This document shows positions 11,601-22,932 of a stretch of 64,000 nt of DNA, in pieces. The DNA comes from Lytechinus pictus (lineage: Eukaryota), in the NCBI RefSeq assembly GCF_037042905.1, contig NC_087252.1, positions 11,410,001-11,474,000 of the forward strand. The letters are read 5' to 3'. The notes below the pieces were generated by a model. It made no database searches. It had not been told where the DNA came from and worked only from the letters and a program-made list of their open reading frames with translations. A program made the translations under genes and the position numbers. Position 1 is the first letter of the stretch; every line of letters starts with the position of its first letter.

Positions 11601-14600
11601 CTTTATAAAATACAATTGGAAGATTGCTCCTGAAATATATTTTGGGTGTGTGGAGGGGGGTTTCCCTTCTTTCAATTTGTAAAGAAAACAAACGGGCTAG
11701 TGCTTTAATTTTAGTAGCCCACACCCCTATATACTCTATGTTTTTTCGTATATTGAGGAGTAAATTTCAACTATAAGTCCTCTTTATAAAATACAATTGG
11801 AAGATTGCTCCTGAAATGTTTTTTGGGTGTGTGTAGGGGGGTTTCCCTTCTATCAATTTGTAAAGAAAAACAAGGGGCTAGTGCCTTCGTTTTAGTAGCC
11901 CACGCTCGTATACATTCCTATATATTCCACGTTTTTATATATATTGAGGAGTAAATTTGAACTAAAAGTCCTCTTTAGAAAATACCTTTGGAAGATTGCT
12001 CCTGAAATTTGTTTTGGGTGTGTGTAGGGGGGTTTCCCTTCTTTCAATTTGTAAAGAAACACAACGGGCTAGTGCTTTAATTTTAGTAGCCCACACCCCT
12101 ATATACTCTAGGTTTTTTCGTATATTAAGGAGTAAATTTCAACAAAAAGTCCTCTTTATAAAATACAATTGGAAGATTGCTCCTGAAATATATTTTTGGT
12201 GTGTGTAGGGGGGTTTCCCTTCTTTCAATTTGTAAAGAAAAACAAGGGGCTAGTGCCTTCGTTTTAGTAGCCCACACTCATATACATTCCTATATATTCC
12301 ACGTTTTTATATATATTGAGGAATAAATTTGAACTAAAAGTCCTCTTTATTAAATACAATTGGAAGATTGCTCCTGAAATATATTTTGGGTGTGTAGAGG
12401 GGGGTTTCCCTTCTTTCAATTTTTAAAGAAAAACAAGGGGCTAGTGCCTTCGTTTTAGTAGCCCAAGCTCATATACATTCCTATATATTCCACGTTTTTA
12501 TATATATTGAGGAGTAAATTTGAACTAAAAGTCCTCTTTATTAAATACAATTGGAAGATTGCTCCTGAAATATATTTTGGGAGTGTGGAGGGGGGTTTCC
12601 CTTCTTTCAATTTGTAAAGAAAAACAACGGGCTAGTGCTTTCGTTTTTGTATCCCACACTCATATACATTCCTATATATTCCACGTTTTTATATATATTG
12701 AGGAGTAATTTTCAACAAAAAGTCCTCTTTATAAAATACAATTGAAAGATTGCTCCTGAAATATATTTTGGGTGTGTGGAGGGGGGTTTGCCTTCTTTCA
12801 ATTTGTAAAAAAAAAACAACGGGCTAGTGCCTTCGTTTTAGTAGCCCACACTCATATACATTCCTATATATTCCACGTTTTATATATATTGAGGAGTAAA
12901 TTTCAACTAAAAGTCTTCTTTATAAAATACAATTGGAAGATTGCTCCTGAAATATATTTTGGGTGTGTGGAGGGGGGTTTCCCTTCTTTCAATTTGTAAA
13001 GAAAACAAACGGGCTAGTGCTTTAATTTTAGTAGCCCACACCCCTATATACTCTATGTTTTTTTCGTATATTGAGGAGTAAATTTCAACTATAAGTCCTC
13101 TTTATAAAATACAATTGGAAGATTGCTCCTGAAATGTTTTTTGGGTGTGTGTAGGGGGGTTTCCCTTCTATCAATTTGTAAAGAAAAACAAGGGGCTAGT
13201 GCCTTCGTTTTAGTAGCCCACGCTCGTATACATTCCTATATATTCCACGTTTTTATATATATTGAGGAGTAAATTTGAACTAAAAGTCCTCTTTAGAAAA
13301 TACCTTTGGAAGATTGCTCCTGAAATTTGTTTTGGGTGTGTGTAGGGGGGTTTCCCTTCTTTCAATTTGTAAAGAAACACAACGGGCTAGTGCTTTAATT
13401 TTAGTAGCCCACACCCCTATATACTCTAGGTTTTTTCGTATATTAAGGAGTAAATTTCAACAAAAAGTCCTCTTTATAAAATACAATTGGAAGATTGCTC
13501 CTGAAATATATTTTTGGTGTGTGTAGGGGGGTTTCCCTTCTTTCAATTTGTAAAGAAAAACAAGGGGCTAGTGCCTTCGTTTTAGTAGCCCACACTCATA
13601 TACATTCCTATATATTCCACGTTTTTATATATATTGAGGAATAAATTTGAACTAAAAGTCCTCTTTATTAAATACAATTGGAAGATTGCTCCTGAAATAT
13701 ATTTTGGGTGTGTAGAGGGGGGTTTCCCTTCTTTCAATTTGTAAAGAAAAACAAGGGGCTAGTGCCTTCGTTTTAGTAGCCCAAGCTCATATACATTCCT
13801 ATATATTCCACGTTTTTATATATATTGAGGAGTAAATTTGAACTAAAAGTCCTCTTTATAAAATACAATTGGAAGATTGCTCCTGAAATATATTTTTGGT
13901 GTGTGTAGGGGGGTTTCCCTTCTTTCAATTTGTAAAGAAAAACAAGGGGCTAGTGCCTTCGTTTTAGTAGCCCACACTCATATACATTCCTATATATTCC
14001 ACGTTTTTATATATATTGAGGAATAAATTTGAACTAAAAGTCCTCTTTATTAAATACAATTGAAAGATTGCTCCTGAAATATATTTTGGGTGTGTGGAGG
14101 GGGGTTTCCCATCTTTCAATTTGTAAAGAAAAACAACGGGCTAGTGCTTTAATTTTAGTAGCTTACACCCCTATATACTCTATGTTTTTTCGTATATTGA
14201 GGAGTAAATTTCAACTATAAGTCCTCTTTATAAAATACAATTGGAAGATTGCTCCTGAAATTTATTTTGGGTGTGTGTAGGGGGGTTTCCCTTCTTTCAA
14301 TTTGTAAAGAAAAACAACGGGCTAGTGCTTTAGTTTTAGTAGCCCACACCCCTATATACTCTAGGTTTTTCGGATATTGAGGAGTAAATTTCAACTATAA
14401 GTCCTCTTTATAAAATACAATTGGAAGATTGCTCCTGAAATGTTTTTTGGGTGTGTTTAGGGGGGTTTCCCTTTTATCAATTTGTAAAGAAAAACAAGGG
14501 GCTAGTGCCTTCGTTTTAGTAGCCCACGCTCATATACATTCCTATATATTCCACGTTTTTATATATATTGAGGAGTAAATTTGAACTAAAAGTCCTCTTT

Positions 14601-15350
14601 ATTAAATACAATTGGAAGATTGCTCCTGAAATATATTTTGGGTGTGTAGAGGGGGGTTTCCCTTCTTTCAATTTGTAAAGAAAAACAAGGGGCTAGTGCT
14701 TTAGTTTTAGTAGCCCTTACCCCTATATACTCTATGTTTTTTCGTATATTGAGGAGTAATTTTCAACAAAAAGTCCTCTTTATAAAATACAATTGAAAGA
14801 TTGCTCCTGAAATATATTTTGGGTGTGTGGAGGGGGGTTTGCCTTCTTTCAATTTGTAAAAAAAAACAACGGGCTAGTGCCTTCGTTTTAGTAGCCCACA
14901 CTCATATATACTCTAGGTTTTTTCGTATATTGAGGAGTAAATTTGAACTAAAAGTCCTCTTTAAAAAATACAATTGGAAGATTGCTCCTGAAATATATTT
15001 TGGGTGTGTGTAGGGGGGTTTCCCTTATTTCAATTTTTAAAGAAAAACAACGGGCTAGTGCCTTAGTTTTAGTAGCCCACACCCCTATATACTCTAGGTT
15101 TTTTCGTATATTGAGGAGTAAATTTGAACTAAAAGTCCTCTTTATTAAATACAATTGGAAGATTGCTCCTGAAATATATTTTGGGTTTGTAGAGGGGGGG
15201 GGGGTTAATATCTCTCAATTTGTAAACAAAAAGAAAGGGCTAGTACTTTAGTTTTAGTAGCCCACATTCCTATATACTCCAGTTTTAAGAATATTGAGGA
15301 GTTCCTGATAAATGAAGAGAGCTATCGTATTTTTGAAGGGGGTAACCCTT
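8669..15350 (+). repeat. Satellite array of ~35 monomers of 181 and ~191 bp, with a 1317-bp higher-order repeat
   Basis: Monomer ...GAAGATTGCTCCTGAAATATATTTTGGGTGTGTGTAGGGGGGTTTCCCTTC... Matching ORF-track hits recur at 10138/11455/12772 and 10679/11996/13314. Confidence 0.97.
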
Positions 15351-15829
15351 TTTATTCAATTTTACAGCGCGTATCAATAAAAACGGGACAGTTATGAAAC
15401 GTCTATCAAAACACCCTTTTGAATTATGATGTCTATATTTTGATGTTTATAGATGCTCTGAAATCTTATAGATCAAATTCAAAATGTTTTTTCTTTTTAT
15501 TTGTTCATGCTTGAGTGCACACGAGATGGTTTTGTCGGGGGTTCAAATATAGGATTGCGCTAAGTGGTAGGAAATGAAGTGTATGGTTATAAGACTTCTT
15601 GCCAATCAGCAGATTATTTTTGCCATAGTTTTCAGATTTTGGTCGCAAATGTCACGTACAAAGCTATATATTTACTTTACTTTTTCATTTCAATAAATTA
15701 TTTTTTTAGCAATGAATATTCTTTCATACTAACATTTTTTGTCAACCAAGAATGACCCAATTTGTAATTAGGAATTTGAGAGCTTGTAATCAATTCAAAC
15801 CATTTTATTTTATGCAACAAGCAGATAAA

Positions 15830-17010
15830 TCCTTTTCTGTTAGAATTGATAATTTAATATCCTATCTAACACACAATTGTAATGATTTGAATAAAGTACA
15901 GCAAATTCACCCTATTAACAACTAACAATTAACAATTAGGGGTTTAGTGAATGATAACATCTGTTCTCGTTGTGAAGTAGAGGAAGATATTCATCACGCT
16001 TTCATTTCTTGTGATTTGAACAAACCATTCTTTGAATTTTTGAAAAAAATAATCCAGCAAATATTTCATAAAGATTTAGAAATCAATCATTAAAATTTTG
16101 TTTAAACATGAAGTAGACGAAAAATTAGTTTTACTTCTGACTATCGCACTTTGGTGCATTCACAAAGTCATCGTTTTAAGAAACATGAGTGGAAACGAAA
16201 AGAGAGGCAATCCCAGAAGGAAAAACCAGTACGGCTGGACCAGTTACACCAGTAAAATTTAATTGGTAACTCTGGAAATTGGAACAAAATATACTGGTCT
16301 GCTATAAGCTGGACCAGTAATTTTTTGATGGTCAAATTTAACTGGACCAGTATAATTTTAACTGGACCAGTAACAAATATACTGGTCAAACTAACTGGAC
16401 CAGTAATACTTTTATTGGTCCAATTGAACTGGACCAGTACAAATTGTGGTGGACCAGTAATTTTACTGGTCAAATTATACTGGACCAGTACAATTTTTGC
16501 TGGACCAGTAATAATTTTACTGGTCAAATTAAACTGGACCAGTACAATTTTTGCTGGACCAGTAATAATTTTACTGGTCAAATTAAACTGGGCCAGTACA
16601 ATTTTTGCTGGACCAGTAATAATTTTACTGGTCAAATTAAACTGGACCAGTACATTTTTGGCTGGACCAGTAATAATTTTACTGGTCAAATTAAACTGGA
16701 TCTGAAATTCATATTTTTAAGAGAAATAGAAAGAAGAATAGAAATGAAACCTCGGTACAGGAAAATATATGTTCATCTACCCAAAGAAATTATGGAATAT
16801 ATTTGAAACACTGTGAATTTCATGTTTCCATTTAATGTTTTTTTTTTAATTTATGTTAAAGATTATGTAAGATTATTGCACAATTACATTATTATGTAAA
16901 TTTTTGTTTTAATTTCTGAAATTTCCTGTAATGTCATGTATGCTCATTTTCATAATGTGTTATGTTGTTTTGTTGTAAATAAAATCCTCTAATTGAGGCC
17001 AAGAAAAAAT
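15830..17010 (+). mobile_element. 3' fragment of a second L1/Tx1-type LINE
   Basis: Zinc-finger remnant CSRCEVEEDIHHAFISC (~15958), followed by an AT-rich 3' UTR with AATAAA (~16978). Boundaries approximate. Confidence 0.6.
16212..16699. mobile_element. CCCAG-terminated element made of 54-bp tandem repeats rich in CTGGACCAG/CTGGTC palindromes
   Basis: AT|CCCAG...CTGG|AT with a 2-bp TSD. Removing it restores the LINE frame (KRGN|LKFIFLREIE). Period 54 bp (16513, 16567, 16621). Confidence 0.6.
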
Positions 17011-17409
17011 GCAATTAGGCATTTCTTGGGTTGACTTTTATTAATTATTAAATATGCAATCCTAAAAATAACTTTTTTTTAAAGTAACTAAATAAGTTTG
17101 TGAGTGAATTTTGAAACATAATTTTAAAAACAGTGGCAAAGATAATGAAAATGTTAAGAGGAAGTTTACTGCTTAGCAGGAAGTCTAATGACCATAAATT
17201 TTGTTTCCTCTCATTTCTGCACAAACCTATTTTTGAACCCTTGACAAATCTCGTGTTCGTTCAAGCATGAACAAAATTCATTTCTTAAAATTGCATTTAA
17301 AATATAAGGTTTCAGAGCATCTATAAACATCAAAATATAAACATCATAATTTGAAAAGAATTTTTGATAGACTTTTCAAAACTGTCCAGTTTTTATTGAT
17401 ACGCACTGT

Positions 17410-18120
17410 ATTGATAGAATGAAGGGGCTTGTCCTTTGATAAGGTTCACTGGCCCTCTCTTATTATTTGCGCCCTTTTAAAAAGTATTTCTTTTTTACTA
17501 TTGAGGGGTGAATAAAAATGAAAGTATTCTTGACTGAAAAGCAAAAGTGAAGATTGCCCCTGAAAGAAATTTCGGGTGTTTGTGGAGGGGAGTTTCCCTT
17601 CTGTCAATTCGTTTATAAAGGGGGGGGGGTTAGTGCCTACATTTCAGTAGCCCACACTCCTATATATTATTAATATCCTTTTTTGTCCTTATTTTAGTGT
17701 TGACAGTAATTGGGTATTAAATACAATTAAAAAACCTCCTGATAGCAAACGGAAATATAGCTCCTAGAAGACCATTCGGTTGTTTGTAGCAAGTTTATTA
17801 AACCTCATTTCAATTTTTTTATACTAAGAAGGGCTAGGGCTGATTTTTTTAGTTGCCCGCACTCCTATAATATACTCGATGTTTTAAAAATATTGAGAAT
17901 GATATAATGGAAAAAGATTGCCTGTTGAAAGCAAATAGAAAGATTGCTCCTGGTAGAGCTTTCAGTTGTTTGTAGGGGGTTTCACATATTTGCAATCTAG
18001 GGTTACAAACAAGGGGCTAGTCCTAAAGTAAAAAAAAAATAGTGATCCCACCCTCCTGGGAAGATTGATCCATAAAGAAATTTCGGGTATGTGGAACGAG
18101 TTCCCTAATTCCTTCAATAC
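17410..18120 (+). repeat. Degenerate monomers of the same satellite
   Basis: Diverged GAAGATTGC(C/T)CCTG and TAGCCCACACTCCTATA motifs in the same orientation as the left array. Confidence 0.7.
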
Positions 18121-18639
18121 GTTTATATTAACAAGTGGCAAGTGCGCGTACACACACACACACAAACACCCACCATCACACTGACACACCCTCACACGGA
18201 CATACTATTATATACATATATATAATATATTCATATTTTTTTATATATAACTTCGAGGGAATTGAAAAAAAAAATGGTTGGAATTTATGAGGGCTCCAGC
18301 CCACAAAAGCCCTCCCCCTCTCCATCTGTACGCCAGTGTTGATAACAAAAGAGAGTCAGAATAACAGCTATAGAAACAAGTGACCAAGCGAGAAAATTTC
18401 TTGGGTATTGAAAGTTAATTTGCATTATACACCACTTAAAAAGCCTATACAGTGCGAATTATATTTCTGTTTCACAATGCTCTTTTTCGCGTATTATCTT
18501 GCTTCAAAACAAAACAAAGTGGGGTTAATGGAGGAGAAGGCTGTAGCCCCCTTAACCCTATCTAGCCTGAGGAGGAGGGGGAGCTTAATAAGCCCCCCTT
18601 GACATTTTCGCTAAACGTCTGTAATGGGCTAATAAAAGT

Positions 18640-20830
18640 AAAGCACTAACCATTTGTTTTTGTTTACAAATTGAAAGAAGGGAAACTCCCCTTCACACAC
18701 CCGAAATTTGATTTAGGAGCAATCTTCCAAACAATCTTTATCAGAAAGAAAATTAATTCTAGATTACTCCTCAATATACGAAAACACATAGAGTATATAG
18801 GGGTGTGGGCTACTAAAACTAAGGCACTAGCCCGTTGTTTTTCTTTACAAATTGAAAGAAGGGAAACCCCCCTACACACACCCAAAATATATTTCAGGAG
18901 CAATCTTCCAATTGTATTTTATAAAGAGGACTTTTAGTTGAAATTTACTCCTCAATATACGAAAACACATAGAGTATATAGGGGTGTGGGCTACTAAAAC
19001 TAAAGCACTAGCCCGTTGTTTTTCTTTACAAATTGAAAGAAGGGAAACCCCCCTACACACACCCAAAATATATTTCAGGAGCAATCTTCCAATTGTATTT
19101 TATAAAGAGGACTTTTAGTTGAAATTTACTCCTCAATATACGAAAACACATAGAGTATATAGGGGTGTGGGCTACTAAAACTAAAGCACTAGCCCGTTGT
19201 TTTTCTTTACAAATTGAAAGAAGGGAAACCCCCCTACACACACCCAAAATATATTTCAGGAGCAATCTTCCAATTGTATTTTGTAAAGAGGACTTTTAGT
19301 TAAAATTTACTCCTCAATATATGAAAACACATAGAGTATATAGGGGTGTGGGCTACTAAAACTAAAGCACTAGCCCGTTGTTTTTCTTTACAAATTGAAA
19401 GAAGGGAAACCCCCTACACACACCCAAAATATATTTCAGGAGCAATCTTCCAATTGTATTTTATAAAGAGGACTTTTAGTTGAAATGTACTCCTCAATAT
19501 ACGAAAACACATAGAGTATATAGGGGTGTGGGCTACTAAAACTAAAGCACTAGCCCGTTGTTTTTCTTTACAAATTGAAAGAAGGGAAACCCCCCTACAC
19601 ACACCCAAAATATATTTCAGGAGCAATCTTCCAATTGTATTTTATAAAGAGGACTTTTAGTTGAAATTTACTCCTCAATATACGAAAACACATAGAGTAT
19701 ATAGGGGTGTGGGCTACCAAAACTAAAGCACTAGCCCGTTGTTTTTCTTTACAAATTGAAAGAAGGGAAACCCCCCTACACACACCCAAAATATATTTCA
19801 GGAGCAATCTTCCAAATGTATTTTATAAAGAGGACTTTTAGTTGAAATTTACTCCTCAATATATAAAAACACATAGAGTATATAGGGGTGTGGGCTACTA
19901 AAACTAAAGCACTAGCCCGTTGTTTTTCTTTACAAATTGAAAGAAGGGAAACCCCCCTACACACACCCAAAATATATTTCAGGAGCAATCTTCCAATTGT
20001 ATTTTATGAAGAGGACTTTTAGTTGAAATTTACTCCTCAATATACGAAAACACATAGAGTATATAGGGGTGTGGGCTACTAAAACTAAAGCACTAGCCCG
20101 TTGTTTTTCTTTACAAATTGAAAGAAGGGAAACCCCCCTACACACACCCAAAATATATTTCAGGAGCAATATTCCAATTGTATTTTATGAAGAGGACTTT
20201 TAGTTGAAATTTATTCCTCAATATACGAAAACACATAGAGTATATAGGGGTGTGGGCTACTAAAACTAAAGCACTAGCCCGTTGTTTTTCTTTACAAATT
20301 GAAAGAAGGGAAATCCCCCTACACACACCCAAAATATATTTCAGGAGCAATCTTCCAATTGTATTTTATAAAGAGGACTTTTAGTTGAAATTTATTCCTC
20401 AATATACGAAAACACATAGAGTATATAGGGGTGTGGGCTACTAAGACTAAAGCACTAGCCTGTTGTTTTTCTTTACAAATTGAAAGAAGGGAAACCCCCC
20501 TACACACACCCAAAATATATTTCAGGAGCAATCTTCCAATTGTATTTTATAAAGAGGACTTTTAGTTGAAATTTACTCCTCAATATACGAAAACACATAG
20601 AGTATATAGGGGTGTGGGCTACCAAAACTAAAGCACTAGCCCGTTGTTTTTCTTTACAAATTGAAAGAAGAGAAACCCCCCTACACACACCCAAAATATA
20701 TTTCAGGAGCAATCTTCCAATTGTATTTTATAAAGAGGACTTTTAGTTGAAATTTACTCTTCAATATATGAAAACACATAGAGTATATAGGGGTGTGGGC
20801 TACTAAAACTAAAGCACGAGCCCGTTGATT
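18640..20830 (-). repeat. Inverted, homogeneous 181-bp satellite array (~12 monomers)
   Basis: Reverse complement of the left-array short monomer, with a 181-bp period seen in the ORF track (18872, 19053, ... 20500). Confidence 0.97.
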
Positions 20831-22306
20831 TTTGGCTCGAATGAATATCTATGGCCTGCCACTAGTGATTAGGCCCGTGTAGCCCTGACCCCGTTTGTTT
20901 GATTTGTACAAGAATGCACGCTTCTCTTCGTCCGCAAAATCCTGTATCTGATCTATCTTATATCGCGATATTGTTGGCTGGAACTGTTGGCTGGCTTGCT
21001 GTTGGCTGGCTTATTGTTGGCTCACTTGACATAGGCTGGGGGGCGCTTGTAAGTTGTAGACCTACGTAGCCGTGTGAAAAATGACACCTTACAAATCCCC
21101 AATTTAAGAAATGAATATTGTATGTAAATATGTATAACTAAGAAGATCATCTTGTTTGATAGGCTGATAATATGGCCCGGAGCTTAAAATTATTGAATAT
21201 CAAGACAAAGTTTTGAATGAAGGACTGGCAGGACTGGGGGCATGCACACACGCTCATGCCTCGTGGGTTAATTAAATGCCGCTGCGCACAGAAAATTCAA
21301 TCCATAGAAGTCGTGTGTTGTGGACACCAGAAGTGGGCGGGGGGAGGGGACAGTCACCAAGTAATTTCCAAACACCCCCTAAACAAGTTTTATTCTGTGG
21401 GAAAAATAACCCCCTAAACAAATTTTTCGCGGGCTGCGGGCTTTGTATTTTGGCCCCTGGCTAAACAAGTTGTTGCCAAAAAATGTGACCTCGGGGGGAA
21501 AAAGCTTGGGGAAAAATGATGCAATTAACTTAGGATGGGGGGTCGGGTGTACGGACACTTTATATTTTTGAAGCCTTCTTTTTTGTCTTTGGATTACACT
21601 AAGAATATGAATTCAATATTTGTAGTCATCTTCTATTTTCTTTATAATATTTCCTAGCATTTTGTACTAAAAATTGCTCAAACACTTCGCTTGTAAATTT
21701 TTCCAAATGACTTTCTAAAATTGATCGTCCGGACACACAACAACTGGGTATAACACATTTGGTTAGTCTTTGAAAAAAAGCTTTGGGGAAAAATACCCTA
21801 AGTCCTTCATTAAAACACCCTTTTTCTTGAAAATCTGTGTTTATTATACTCTTAACGAGTCTATGCACGGACCGCGTCCAAAACTGAAAAAAACACCCCA
21901 TTAAACGCGTTTTTGGTCACGCTTGTATACAAAAATATATTTGACTGACCATTTTGTGCTGCATGCAAATTTTATTTTCCATTGCACAGCAACAGTGCAT
22001 TTTTTATTTTTCTATTGCATGATTGAGCTCTCTTCATCAGTGTGCACTAAGCATGTATGTGTGTTTGCGTGCATCGAAGTAAGCACATCAGCAAGGCTGA
22101 CTTTGCACTAGGATTCATGAATCAAAGTGCGTTACAACAAAAATACAAGGGGAAAATCTTGTTTTCATAGAAAAATGAATTATCGGACAAAGGGAAAATA
22201 TGTGTTTATTCTATCGATCTGCCTTTATTTTTTCTTTTATATTGTCAAATAACAAAGTCTCAAAAATTTGTTGTATAAATCAAATGATGCATGTCTTCAT
22301 TCATCC

Positions 22307-22753
22307 TAGACAGCTGGCAGCCGTCTGTTTCGAGGAGTTTTTTAACTTTTTTTTTTTTTTTAATTTCTCCTCGTACACAGACGGCTCGCTAGCGTGCAGC
22401 CACCATTAGGGGACTTGCAATGCAAAATCCCCCCGTCGGGGCTCTTCAATTTTTGTCTTTAATGAATAAAAATTTTGAAAATTAACGCGACCAAAATGCA
22501 AATTAATATTCCCTCTTGGCATTAATTGCCAAAAAACTGAGAAAAATCAAGTTAAAAGGAACAAAAACAGTGACTTACCTCGGCTGTCGCGCAAATTCAC
22601 TTCCCCGTTTTATCCGATCTTAAGTACATAAACATATGGCCATTGAGTCCCCTGTACAGATCGCGCTAGAACTTCGGTCTCTGTATTTGGTGAGTGAAGC
22701 CAACGGAGTTCAGCTGAACAACCAACATAACAGAGACCGAAGCTTTTGGTCTA
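22307..22753. mobile_element. Non-autonomous DNA element with TAGAC...GTCTA ends and a 9-bp TSD (AcademH- or MULE-like)
   Basis: TSD CATTCATCC at 22298-22306 and 22754-22762. A related copy lies at 36319-36452. Confidence 0.7.
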
Positions 22754-22932
22754 CATTCATCCATATGTGACCTTTCCACTCTAGTTGAGGCTGTGTTCAC
22801 CCCATTGCACTCAGCCTTACGACTTCATGCAATGGATTGAGGCTAGCATTATGTAATTTTAACTTGGCAGATGAATTATAAATATTAATACAGAAATTTA
22901 TTTTATTGAATTTTTTTTACAAATATCAAAAG

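Larger units (their letters stand above)
15365..17408. mobile_element. Tc1/mariner-type MITE (TA TSD) carrying nested insertions
   Basis: TA|CAGCGCGTATCAATAAAAAC... and ...GTTTTTATTGATACGCACTG|TA, with long imperfect inverted arms. Confidence 0.75.
8522..21026. mobile_element. Foldback-like element with long inverted arms built from satellite arrays
   Basis: The ~145-bp unique outer segment 8525-8668 is the reverse complement of ~20883-21023. Each is followed inward by the same satellite in opposite orientation. No TSD found. Confidence 0.65.

Noticed and set aside
16168..16806. Repetitive ORFs on both strands (173, 126 and 120 aa)
   Set aside because: They result from a stop-free 54-bp tandem repeat, not a gene.
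8669..20830. Many 64-108-aa ORFs (MLLKYILGVCRG...) and a CRISPR-like periodicity
   Set aside because: They are by-products of the satellite period. There are no unique spacers and no cas genes, and the context is eukaryotic.
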